Part shown: positions 9,400 to 17,769 of the stretch, piece by piece | Layout of the letters: each line of letters opens with the position of its first letter | Position numbering within the stretch: the first letter of the stretch is position 1 | DNA from: an uncultured Acidimicrobiaceae bacterium | GTDB lineage: Bacteria; Actinomycetota; Acidimicrobiia; Acidimicrobiales; RAAP-2 | DNA: 64,000 nucleotides | Direction: 5' to 3' | Assembly: GCA_963837125.1 (NCBI GenBank) | Contig: CAWILW010000002.1 | Span: forward strand, 62,812 to 126,811 | Position numbers and translations under genes: made by a program | The notes under the pieces: model-generated | The model's database searches: none | Told to the model about the DNA's origin: nothing | Seen by the model: the letters and a program-made list of their open reading frames with translations, nothing else

Positions 9400-10227
9400 C
9401 TAGTCGGCGAACTCGGGAAGGACGTCGCGGGCGAATTCCTCAATGCGGGTTCGACCGACTTCCGGCCAGCCGCAGACCAGATAGCCGTAGCCGGAGTCGC
9501 GCCACTTGCCGGCATGCTTGCGCGCAGTGTCCAGATCATCGAGCGACAGCGAGCTCGCCCGCATGATCGACGAAGGATCGCGTCCCGCTTCAGCGGCAAG
9601 GGCGTCTATCCGTTGGTTCGCCTCGCGCAGAGAGTTCGGTGATCCCCATGAATGCCAGACGTCGGCAAAGCGAGCGACCAGCGGGAGCGTCCGGCGCGGA
9701 CCGCTGCCGCCGATCCAGATCGGGGGGTGGGGCCGTTGCACCGGAAGCGGACGGAGCTGGGCGTCCCGCAGCGACACCAGCCGTCCGTCATAGGACACGA
9801 CGTCGCCGGTGAAGAGCCGGGTGAGGATCTCGAGCGCGTCCTCGAGCAGATCGAAGCGTTGGGGCGTCGGGGGGAAGGGGATTCCCAGCTCCAGGTGCTC
9901 CTTCTCGAACCAGGCGGCGCCCAGCGAGAGGTCCAGCCGTCCGTGCGAGGCGTGGTCGATGGTGAGAGCCTGGGCCGCCAAGACTGACGGATGCCTGTAC
10001 GTCACCCCGGTGACGAGAAGCCCGAGCCGGATGCGTGACGTGACGCCGGCAAGCGCAGCAAGGGTCGTGATGCCTTCGAAGGTCTCGCCCGGTCCTTCGC
10101 CGTACATCGGCTGAAAGTGGTCGAACCCCCAGGCGCCGTCGAACCCCAGATCTTCGGCGAACTGGACGCGGCTGACGACCTCGTCCCAAGGAACCCGTTG
10201 TTGCGCGACATCCAGACCGAACTGCAT
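9400..10227 (-). CDS. LLM-class (luciferase-like) F420-dependent oxidoreductase
   Basis: It has the typical LLM beginning (FGLDV..., AEDLGFDGAWGFDHF) plus TLAALAGVTSRIRLG and PPIWIGGSGPRRTL. Confidence 0.85.
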   Translation of the reverse strand: MQFGLDVAQQRVPWDEVVSRVQFAEDLGFDGAWGFDHFQPMYGEGPGETFEGITTLAALAGVTSRIRLGLLVTGVTYRHPSVLAAQALTIDHASHGRLDLSLGAAWFEKEHLELGIPFPPTPQRFDLLEDALEILTRLFTGDVVSYDGRLVSLRDAQLRPLPVQRPHPPIWIGGSGPRRTLPLVARFADVWHSWGSPNSLREANQRIDALAAEAGRDPSSIMRASSLSLDDLDTARKHAGKWRDSGYGYLVCGWPEVGRTRIEEFARDVLPEFAD

Positions 10228-10281
10228 CGGGGGAGCTTACGCGCCGATGCGCTGTCGGCGCACCGTCATGAGAGAAGCCGT

Positions 10282-11052
10282 CTATTCGTCGAGCAGGTCG
10301 GGTTGGGTCGCCACGATCCAGTCGTAGAGCGGCTGGAACGAGAACCACCCCGACATCGGAGGGCCGACTTGTCGCGCCGTCTTCTCCGCCTGTTCGGGAT
10401 CGATGAGAACGGGAGTGCCCGCTGCCTCTGCCAGTAGCTGTGCCTGACAGGTGCGCTCCATCGTGATGAACCACCACGCAGCTTCGTCGACCGATGTCTG
10501 CCCGACGGTGAGCAGCCCGTGATTCGACAGGATGAGAGCCTTGTTGTCCCCGAGCGCGTGGGCGAGGCGCTTGCCCTCCTCGAGGTCCAGGACGACACCG
10601 GTGTAGTCGTCGAAGACTGCGTGGTCGCCGTAAAAGGCGCAGGAGTCCTGCGTCAATGGATCGAGGGGCCGGCGCAGCGCCGACCACGCCTTCCCGTACA
10701 CAGAATGCGAGTGTGCCGCCGCGATCACATCCGGCCGTGCCGCGTGGATCTGTGAGTGGATTGCGAACGCGGCCGCATTGACCGGCCAGTTTCCGTCGAC
10801 GACCTCGCCGGAGTCGTTGACGAGAATCAGGTCCTTCACGCGGATCTGCTTGAAGTTCATCCCGAGCGGGTTCACCCAGAAGTGATCGAGTCGTTCGGGG
10901 TCTCTCGCAGTGATGTGGCCCGCGACCCCCTCGTCGAACCCGAAGTGTCCGAAGAGGCGAAAGGCTGAAGCCAAGCGTTGCTTGCGATGCCTCCGTTCGT
11001 CTTCGACGTTGTCGAACGCCGGGAATTTCGTCGGGAGACGATCTGATGGCAT
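10282..11052 (-). CDS. class II aldolase/adducin-family protein
   Basis: The family pattern is present (GHITARDP, HSQIHAARPDVIAAAHSHS, LSNHGLLTVG). Confidence 0.85.
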   Translation of the reverse strand: MPSDRLPTKFPAFDNVEDERRHRKQRLASAFRLFGHFGFDEGVAGHITARDPERLDHFWVNPLGMNFKQIRVKDLILVNDSGEVVDGNWPVNAAAFAIHSQIHAARPDVIAAAHSHSVYGKAWSALRRPLDPLTQDSCAFYGDHAVFDDYTGVVLDLEEGKRLAHALGDNKALILSNHGLLTVGQTSVDEAAWWFITMERTCQAQLLAEAAGTPVLIDPEQAEKTARQVGPPMSGWFSFQPLYDWIVATQPDLLDE

Positions 11053-11152
11053 CGATCCAGTTTAAGACAGGCGTATCGAGAAGACAACGAGGCAGTGGAT
11101 GACCCGGGGCTGGTCCGAGCCGGCGTCGACGGAGGACCAGCTGGGTCGCCGA

Positions 11153-11491
11153 TCAGTCGGGTCGTCGAGCCTCCGCGACGGTCAATTCTGCGGCGGGATC
11201 GGCTTCAAGCCGCTCGTCAGGAATGACGTCACCGCTTCGGACCGACCGCCCATAGGTGCCTGCCGAGAGGCGTTGTTCCGCTCGGTCGATCGCCGCGAGA
11301 CGGTCTTGCAGCTCCACTCTCACGGAATCGTCAGAGCCCTCCCTGGTGAGGGGCTCCGCCGAGTCGAACATGTCACCGGGCTCGTTGGCGGCGGTTCGGT
11401 CCTCGCGACTTTTGTCCTCGAGGTCTGAGAGCAGGTTCTCGACGCGGAGCCGCTCCGCATGAAGCAGTTCCTTGGCCTTGGCAGCGTCCAT
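11153..11491 (-). CDS. DksA/TraR-like protein (Cys-less variant)
   Basis: A coiled-coil N-terminus is followed by LAAIDRAEQRLSAGTYGRSVRSGDVIPDERLEADP, which resembles actinobacterial TraR/DksA-family proteins lacking the C4 zinc finger. Confidence 0.55.
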   Translation of the reverse strand: MDAAKAKELLHAERLRVENLLSDLEDKSREDRTAANEPGDMFDSAEPLTREGSDDSVRVELQDRLAAIDRAEQRLSAGTYGRSVRSGDVIPDERLEADPAAELTVAEARRPD

Positions 11492-11530
11492 GTGCGCACT
11501 CCTGGTCCATTCGTGGTCCAGAGCATCCTA

Positions 11531-11568
11531 TTGAGTAAGCGAGAGCGACTTGAGTAAGCGAGAGCGAC
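11531..11568. repeat. perfect 19-bp tandem duplication (ttgagtaagcgagagcgac x2)
   Basis: The copies at 11531-11549 and 11550-11568 are identical. They lie immediately 3' of the ICMT-like stop (11569-11571) and 40 nt upstream of the DksA-like start. Confidence 0.95.
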
Positions 11569-12279
11569 CTACCAGACGCCGGGGATCAGCCTCCACCGGA
11601 CGTCGTGACGGTACGCCTCGTACTCGTCATTGGTGGCGAGCATTCGGTCTTCGGCCCTGATTCGACCGACGTTGCAGCCCGATGCCAGCAGCATCACGAG
11701 CGCGTTGCGCACCGAGATGCTCTGGAGCAGGTATCCGAATTGGAGCAGGAGATAGGAGGCATAAATCGGATGGCGGACGACCGAATAGGGGCCGCGCGTC
11801 ACCAGACCCCGGTCGGCCGCAACGAAGCCGAATGACCTGCCGAGGGCCAGGAAGGACGCGATGCAGATGGCCAGGCCGACCAACTGGACCGCCAGCCCGG
11901 CGGTGACTCCCCATGGAGGGTGCGCGCCGACGGGCCGGAACAGGACACCGCCGAACGTCCCGCCGAAGGCAAGGAGCCAATCTCCCCACCGGCGGCTCGC
12001 GGCGCGCGCCGGCCGGCGGATCAGGTAGGCGACCACGACCCACATCTGCTCCGCGAAGAATGCCGGCCCGTACCAGTGGTGGTTCTGGAAGTAGGCCTGC
12101 AAGGTGGCCTGGGCGAAGAACGCAGCTCCGGCCGCTCCGACCAGATTCGCCGAGATCCTGAGCGCCCGCTCGGCCCGGGGCGAGCGGAGGCCGCGATCGA
12201 TGCCCGGGCGCGGCACCGGAACAGAGGTCTTCGGGCGGGTGGCGCGGGGTTGCAGGGCGGAGGCGGCGGGGCGCGTCAC
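11569..12279 (-). CDS. isoprenylcysteine carboxyl methyltransferase (ICMT)-family membrane methyltransferase
   Basis: It has the C-terminal LVTRGPYSVVRHPIYASYLL motif and multiple hydrophobic segments. The GTG start lies 2 nt after the DoxX stop. Confidence 0.75.
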   Translation of the reverse strand: MTRPAASALQPRATRPKTSVPVPRPGIDRGLRSPRAERALRISANLVGAAGAAFFAQATLQAYFQNHHWYGPAFFAEQMWVVVAYLIRRPARAASRRWGDWLLAFGGTFGGVLFRPVGAHPPWGVTAGLAVQLVGLAICIASFLALGRSFGFVAADRGLVTRGPYSVVRHPIYASYLLLQFGYLLQSISVRNALVMLLASGCNVGRIRAEDRMLATNDEYEAYRHDVRWRLIPGVW

Positions 12280-12281
12280 GG

Positions 12282-12794
12282 CTACGTGCCGACGAGGCGT
12301 CGCTCGATGACCGAATCGATACTGAAGCGGCCCGAGCCCAAAAAAGCGACGACCAGCGTGAGGCCCGCCAGCGCCAGGTTCAATTGGTAGCCGGGCGGAT
12401 TCGTCCGGTTATTGATCCCGGTTGTCCACGTGATGGTGATCATGGCCATCACCATGTCTCCGAAGAGGGCGATCCCGGCCAGCCTGGAGCAGAACCCGAC
12501 GGCCAGCGCCAGCGCTCCGAAGAACTCAATCGTCCCTCCGAGAACGGCAAAAAGGCCACCGGGGTGGAGGTGTGCCGCGTTGGAGAAATAGAGGGAGGTT
12601 TCATGGATGCCCCCTCCGTTGAACCACCCGAAGAGCTTGCCGCCGCCGTAGTAGATGAAGATCCAGGCCAGAACGATGCGAGCAATGAGCAGGGCGCAGT
12701 CGGCCGGGAGCGCGGCCGTCCGGGTGCTCACCACAGTCGCCACTACGTCACGAAACGAACGCGGGCGAGTACCGACCGTTTCCGTCACCATCAC
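12282..12794 (-). CDS. DoxX-family membrane protein
   Basis: It has four hydrophobic segments and the DoxX-like segment ARIVLAWIFIYYGGGKLF. It overlaps the upstream gene by 4 nt. Confidence 0.8.
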   Translation of the reverse strand: MMVTETVGTRPRSFRDVVATVVSTRTAALPADCALLIARIVLAWIFIYYGGGKLFGWFNGGGIHETSLYFSNAAHLHPGGLFAVLGGTIEFFGALALAVGFCSRLAGIALFGDMVMAMITITWTTGINNRTNPPGYQLNLALAGLTLVVAFLGSGRFSIDSVIERRLVGT

Positions 12795-13933
12795 GCGACC
12801 TCCCGGGTGTGCTGATGCGGAGCGTTCTGGCCGATCGTAATGCGGGGACCCCTGGTCGTCTCAATGGTCGGATCCGCGGCCAGCGGGCGAGCCGACCGGA
12901 TGGAAAGTCGCTCCTCGGGCTCCGGCATCGGACGGAAGGGTCCGGCGAGCTGCGCCGCCAGAACCGAGAAGTGCCGTGCTCGCGGCGACTCCTGCTCGAC
13001 CCGCAACGGCCGGCCCGGGAGACCCGTATCGATCCTCACCGTCTCTTCCGTCGGGAAGACGGCCCGATGGAAGAGCTGGTCCCAGATGGTCAGGACAAAG
13101 CCGAGATTGACATCTTGTGGCCCGTTCAGATTGTGGTGGATCCGGTGGAAGTTCGGACTGACGAAGATCCGTCCGAACGGACCGAAACCCAATCGGGTGT
13201 TCGAGTGCGCGAAGGCAACGGCTCCGCCGTATATGACGAGCACGGTGATCGACACGGCGCCGTTGGCGAGCAGTACCACCCCGGGAATCAAGGCGATGAG
13301 GTAGGAGACATGGATGAGGGGGTGCGTCCGAAAGACCGTCAGCACGTTCATGTCCTCTTGCGAGTGGTGCAGCTCGTGGAAGCGCCACAGCATCTGGACC
13401 CGGTGATTGGCGAGGTGGGCAACCCAGTTGCAGAAGTCCATGGCCACCACGATCACGGCGATGACACCCCAGCGCGGAACGGTCCCGATCTTGGGCAGGA
13501 CGATCCACGGGAGCCCCGTGCGAACCACGTGCACGAAGGAGAGGGTGAGCGCCGTGACGAGGGGCGCCACCAGCAACGCGTTGAAGCCGGTGAGGATCAG
13601 GTCGTGGCGGTACCCGCGGGCGAAGAACGGTCGGGGCTGAGCCGGCCACACGCGCTCCACGATCAGAAAGACGCCCAGGATGGCGAGCGTCACCGGCCCG
13701 ACGATGACCACGCGCAGGCTGCTCAAGGAGCCGGCGAAGGCGTCCCCTCCCCAGTGCGTCGACCAACCGATCCCGACGAGGGCGGTGGCCACCAGGGCGA
13801 TCAGGCACGCCGGGAGGTAGACCCGCGACGTCACCGCGGTCCGAACCCTCCGCGCCGAACGACCGGCGCGGAGGGTGGACCCGGCACGCTCCGAAGAGCG
13901 TGGGGGGGCAACCAGGACGGAGGACATCACCAT
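12791..13933 (-). CDS. fatty acid hydroxylase / sterol desaturase superfamily membrane protein
   Basis: It carries the histidine boxes HLANH, HELHH and HRIHH. I prefer ATG 13933 because the ORF-track start at 14002 overlaps the upstream gene. Confidence 0.8.
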   Translation of the reverse strand: MVMSSVLVAPPRSSERAGSTLRAGRSARRVRTAVTSRVYLPACLIALVATALVGIGWSTHWGGDAFAGSLSSLRVVIVGPVTLAILGVFLIVERVWPAQPRPFFARGYRHDLILTGFNALLVAPLVTALTLSFVHVVRTGLPWIVLPKIGTVPRWGVIAVIVVAMDFCNWVAHLANHRVQMLWRFHELHHSQEDMNVLTVFRTHPLIHVSYLIALIPGVVLLANGAVSITVLVIYGGAVAFAHSNTRLGFGPFGRIFVSPNFHRIHHNLNGPQDVNLGFVLTIWDQLFHRAVFPTEETVRIDTGLPGRPLRVEQESPRARHFSVLAAQLAGPFRPMPEPEERLSIRSARPLAADPTIETTRGPRITIGQNAPHQHTREVA

Positions 13934-13949
13934 GCTGCGCGCCCTCCCC

Positions 13950-14486
13950 CTAGAAGGAGACTCCCCCCGAGCCAGCGGTCGATCCGCCGGAGCCCGAGCC
14001 ACCGGAATTCGAGGCGGAACCGGCCGGCTTCACCGTGACGACGGCCACCCACTTCCCCCACTTGTCCGTGATGTTGCCCTGCACCTGCCCGGGGTGGTCC
14101 TTGAAGAAGTAGTACAGCGCCTTACCGTTGTAGGTCACCTGCAGGGCGCTGCCTCGCTTCACGGTGCCCAGCTTCGCCGCGCTCACCCCCGGACCGGCCG
14201 TGGCGCTCGTCACACCGGCGGGGAGCAGGAGCGCCGGCCACACCTTGAGGCACTTGGACCCGCAGGCGATGTGGCTGGCTTTCAGGGTGTAGAGCGTCTT
14301 GCCGCTCACCAGGACCGTTCCGGCCTTTGGGTTCTTGGACGTCGAGACGACCACGCTCGTTGCCGCACCGGCCGTTCCGGCCGTCACGATCGAGGCAGAC
14401 AGGCCCCCGATGGCCAAGAGGGCCCACGCGATTCGCCGCGCCGAGAGCGTCTGGTGTGCGTCCTGGTGCCGACTTCTCTGCTTCAT
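13950..14486 (-). CDS. secreted COG4315 / 'lipoprotein with Yx(FWY)xxD motif'-like protein, Gly/Ser-rich tail
   Basis: It has a signal-like N-terminus, the GKTLYTLKAS...C...C...WP core and the KALYYFFKDHPGQVQG motif. It is a paralogue of 14730-15446. Confidence 0.75.
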   Translation of the reverse strand: MKQRSRHQDAHQTLSARRIAWALLAIGGLSASIVTAGTAGAATSVVVSTSKNPKAGTVLVSGKTLYTLKASHIACGSKCLKVWPALLLPAGVTSATAGPGVSAAKLGTVKRGSALQVTYNGKALYYFFKDHPGQVQGNITDKWGKWVAVVTVKPAGSASNSGGSGSGGSTAGSGGVSF

Positions 14487-14729
14487 GTCGTTGTCTCCTA
14501 CTCCTGTTCGAGCGAATCTCTCAACGTTTACTACGGATCAGCGCGGGGCAGGGATGGGGCCCGGGTGGGCGACCCGGCCGCCCGGGCCTGGGCCCCACCA
14601 GGAGGGATTGCCTCGTCGGTCGCCCTCACGTCCCGCCTCTGTCCTTCTGGTTGATTCTCGTTTGGGGGCAATCCATCCCGGAACCCGGCTCGTAGAACTG
14701 CCATCGACGACACGAGGAGATGGCGGCGC

Positions 14730-15446
14730 ATGCGTACGTTGAAGCACCGGGGGCCGACCGGTCACATGACCATACGTCTGGGCGTCGCGGCGCTGGCCGT
14801 CGGAGCCATCGTCTCCGCACTGTCCGTGGGGTCGCTGGCCGATGCCGCGTCCAGCCACAGGACCAAGGCCGTCGTCGTCTCGACGTCGCAGAATGCGGCA
14901 TTCGGCACCATCCTTGTCAGCGGCAAGACGCTCTATACCCTGAAAGCGAGCAAGACTCCGTGCCGGGCGCAGTGCCAGAAGTTCTGGGCTGAGCTTCTGC
15001 TCCCGAAGGGCGTGAAGAAGGCGAAGGCCGGTCCGGGTGTGAACGCGGCGAAGCTGGGCACCGTGAAGCGGGGCAGCGCCCTGCAGGTGACCTATGGCGG
15101 AAAGGCGCTGTATTGGTTCTCCGGTGACACCGCACCGGGGCAGGTCAACGGCAATCTGACGAACAAGTGGGGAAAGTGGTCCGCCGTCGTCCTTGCGAAG
15201 CCGACAGGCGCCGCTTCCGCGACGACGACCCCAACCTCGTCGCCGTCGGGTGCTTCGTCGACGACCACTCCGACGCAGGCGCCTTCGACCGTTCCCGTGC
15301 CGACGACGACACCGACGACACCCTCGCCTTCGCCACCGATCCCACCGACGACCACCCCTCCGACCTCGCCGCCGATCACGACGACCACGTCCCCGCCAAC
15401 AACGACCACGACGACTACCCCCGGGGGTGGAGGCGCGGGCTTCTGA
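14730..15446 (+). CDS. secreted COG4315-like protein, Pro/Thr-rich tail
   Basis: The ATG start is preceded by GAGGAG. The core is about two-thirds identical by eye to the divergent neighbour, and a Pro/Thr-rich low-complexity tail of about 90 aa follows. Confidence 0.75.
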   Translation: MRTLKHRGPTGHMTIRLGVAALAVGAIVSALSVGSLADAASSHRTKAVVVSTSQNAAFGTILVSGKTLYTLKASKTPCRAQCQKFWAELLLPKGVKKAKAGPGVNAAKLGTVKRGSALQVTYGGKALYWFSGDTAPGQVNGNLTNKWGKWSAVVLAKPTGAASATTTPTSSPSGASSTTTPTQAPSTVPVPTTTPTTPSPSPPIPPTTTPPTSPPITTTTSPPTTTTTTTPGGGGAGF

Positions 15447-15936
15447 CGTCGAGGTCGTCGGCGGCCGAGAGCTGGGAGCCCGATCGCAGTTCGGATCGAC
15501 GCTTCACGGTCGAAAGGAGGCGCCGGACGGCCATCGCGTGTCCTCCCGACCCGATGACGAGCACCCGGTAGGCGGCTCCGGCAAGGCCCGGGAAGGACGC
15601 ACGGGTCTCGGCGCGAAGGCGTGATCAGCCGGGGCCGATGGGTTCGAGCCGGAAGAGCAGGGCATACGACGAGAATCGGTGGCGCCCTTCGAGCGCCAAG
15701 ACCGATCCCGGCTGCATGAAGACAACCCGAAAGCCGGGCATCGTTGATCCCTCGACGAAGGGGCGGGGACCGGACACGGAGCGGTCGGAGCATCCGACGA
15801 TTCGTGCGAAGCCGGCCGCTCCGGCACGTGAGAACGTCCGCTCAACCGTCTCGGTCAGGACGGGCCAGACTTCGTCGGCGCCCGCCGCCACCGTCGTCTC
15901 GTGCTCGTCCACGAGCGGCAGCTGGGAACTGAGCAC
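15415..15936 (-). pseudogene. SRPBCC (polyketide cyclase/dehydrase-like) gene interrupted by an in-frame TGA
   Basis: GTG 15936 lies 11 nt after the SGNH stop, with GGAG in the spacer. A 103-codon ORF ends at TGA 15625-15627. The same frame continues SRLRAETRASFPGLAGAAYRVLVIGSGGHAMAVRRLL..., the expected C-terminal part of the family, to TAG 15415-15417. Confidence 0.6.
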
Positions 15937-15947
15937 TCCCAGCTCCG

Positions 15948-16847
15948 TCAGTTCCCGGGCATGGACCTGAAGCGAGCCACCATGAGCCGGCCGATGAACG
16001 CGTAGCCGAGGCTGTTGGCATGAATGTTGCCCTTGGCACAGAACCAGGTCAGTGAGCAGACGTTGGACACTGCGACGGGGATGGTCCCGTACGGGGGCAC
16101 GGTCTTCGTCCTGGTGAGCGGGATATAGGCCCCGGTGGCCGATGTCACGTCGACGAACGCGGCCCGCGACCCCTTGTAGGCCTTCGCCAACGCAGGGTTG
16201 ACCAGCGCCTTGAAGGCAGGCACCGAGAGCTTCACCAGGGCGATGCGGCCCGCAGTGGGCGGCAGTGATGGGTAGACGTAGCCACCGAGGACCACATCGG
16301 GGTATGTCGATCCGATGATCCTTACCTTCGGCCCCGCGGCTGCCCGAAGGCCTTGCGCCAGGGCGGTGACATTGGTGTTGATGTGCGTCACGGCGGTTGA
16401 CAGGCAGGGGAGGGGAGCGGCCACGAACGCACAAGGAATGACGTCGTTGCCGCCGATGGTGATCGTGATGAGCCCGATGTGGCCGGGATGGGCTGTGATG
16501 AACGCCTCCGCCGCCGCCGCCTGGGTCGTGGTCGGGTAGGCCACCCCGCCAGCGGTATGGGGCAAGACGTCGGGGCATCCGGTCCCGTTGAGAATGAAGG
16601 TCGTCGTGGCGCCGCCACATCCGAAGTTGACCAGCTTCAGGTGGGTCCTCCGGGCGACATATGCCGTGTAGCCCGGCGTTGCGCCCAGGCCCGGTTGGAA
16701 GCCGACTGAGTATGAGTCTCCGAGAGAGACGTAGTACATGGTGCGGGTTGCGTTGCCAGCAGCCTGGGCGGCACCCGAAAACACCAGGGCTCCGACCATC
16801 ACCATGGCGAGCGCGAGTCCGGCCCGCAGCGTGGTCGTGGTCTTCAC
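15948..16847 (-). CDS. secreted SGNH/GDSL hydrolase (lipase/esterase)
   Basis: It has the motifs SLGDSYSVG (block I) and GGNDV (block III) and a signal peptide LALAMVMVGALVFSGAAQA. The start is uncertain (GTG 16847 preferred; the ORF is open to 16982). Confidence 0.75.
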   Translation of the reverse strand: MKTTTTLRAGLALAMVMVGALVFSGAAQAAGNATRTMYYVSLGDSYSVGFQPGLGATPGYTAYVARRTHLKLVNFGCGGATTTFILNGTGCPDVLPHTAGGVAYPTTTQAAAAEAFITAHPGHIGLITITIGGNDVIPCAFVAAPLPCLSTAVTHINTNVTALAQGLRAAAGPKVRIIGSTYPDVVLGGYVYPSLPPTAGRIALVKLSVPAFKALVNPALAKAYKGSRAAFVDVTSATGAYIPLTRTKTVPPYGTIPVAVSNVCSLTWFCAKGNIHANSLGYAFIGRLMVARFRSMPGN

Positions 16848-17007
16848 ATGCTCCTCTGCGTCGTCGAAGGGTACGGCGGGATCGTACCCATGCCCGACCC
16901 CGTGGGCCGTCAATCCCGGTTGGGTTGGGACCGGTTCGGACGCCCACCGCGCCCGCAGACATTTCCCGGCGGGTGTCATCATGCGGGTCTGCAGGAACTC
17001 CCGCCTC

Positions 17008-17769
17008 TCAGCCCGGCAATCGGCGCCAGAGGGTCTGGGGAAGCAGTGTGAAAACCGAGAAGACCCACTTCAGCATGCCGGGCGACCAGATCACGGTCTG
17101 GCCCCGTTGCAGGCCGTGCACAATGTCCGATGCGACACGGTCCGGTCCCACCGCAAAGGGCGCGGCGGGGCGGCCGACGGTCATCTTGGTGCGGACGAAT
17201 CCAGGCCGGACGATGTGGACGGACACGCCTGTCCCCCGCAGGGATTCGCCCAATCCTAGGGCGAATCCGTCCAGCCCGGCCTTGGCTGAGCCGTAGACGA
17301 AGTTGGAGCGCCGCACCCGGACACCGGCAACGGAGGACAGGACGACGATGCTGCCATGACCCTGTCGTGTCAATCGGCTCGCCACCGCCGCCATCGCTGC
17401 GGCGGGCCAGGTCAGGTTGACCGTCATCATCTGGGCGATCCGGTCCGGGTCGGTCTCGTCGACCTCCTGTTGGCCCAGTTCACCAACGGCGACGATCACG
17501 AGGTCGACTGCCTCGGCGGCCGCATCGAAGCACTGAGCGACGATCGTCTCCACGGCGTCAGTCGTGGCCGCTTCGAGCGGCACGGTCTCGACGCGGGAGA
17601 CCGTGCGCCGCAGCTCGTCACTGGCGCGTCCGAGGGCGGCACGGTCACGTCCGGCGAGGACAACGGACCGGCAGCGTTCCGCCGCGAACCGGCCGACGAG
17701 CTCACGAGCGATCTCCGAAGACCCTCCGAGGACGACGACCGACTGCGGGTGCCCGAATGCGTCGTTCAT
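17008..17769 (-). CDS. dprE2: decaprenylphospho-2-keto-ribose reductase (SDR)
   Basis: It is an SDR fold (VVLGGSSEIA, YGSAKA) encoded immediately downstream of dprE1, with a 4-nt overlap. This is the canonical dprE1-dprE2 arrangement. Confidence 0.8.
   Translation of the reverse strand: MNDAFGHPQSVVVLGGSSEIARELVGRFAAERCRSVVLAGRDRAALGRASDELRRTVSRVETVPLEAATTDAVETIVAQCFDAAAEAVDLVIVAVGELGQQEVDETDPDRIAQMMTVNLTWPAAAMAAVASRLTRQGHGSIVVLSSVAGVRVRRSNFVYGSAKAGLDGFALGLGESLRGTGVSVHIVRPGFVRTKMTVGRPAAPFAVGPDRVASDIVHGLQRGQTVIWSPGMLKWVFSVFTLLPQTLWRRLPG

Noticed and set aside
12765-12785. A possible third copy of the operator core (gtaccgaccg) near the start of the DoxX gene.
   Set aside because: Only a 10-nt core matches, the dyad partner is missing, and the site lies inside coding sequence. 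It is most likely chance.
14556-14600. A GC-rich inverted repeat (ggggcccggg ... cccgggcctgggcccc) between the divergent COG4315-like genes, possibly a riboswitch or attenuator.
   Set aside because: The pairing is imperfect and built from low-complexity G/C runs that pair by chance in such GC-rich DNA. I recognised no RNA family.
15625-15627. The in-frame TGA of the SRPBCC gene read as selenocysteine or programmed readthrough.
   Set aside because: There is no evident SECIS-like hairpin immediately downstream, the family is not known to contain Sec, and the position lies in a Gly-rich loop. A nonsense mutation or base-call error is simpler.
15637-15652. T-loop-like GGGTTCGAGCC (also GGGGTTCGAAACC near 44711), suggesting a tRNA.
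   Set aside because: The flanks do not form a T-stem, an acceptor stem or an anticodon arm, and both sites lie inside well-supported coding regions.
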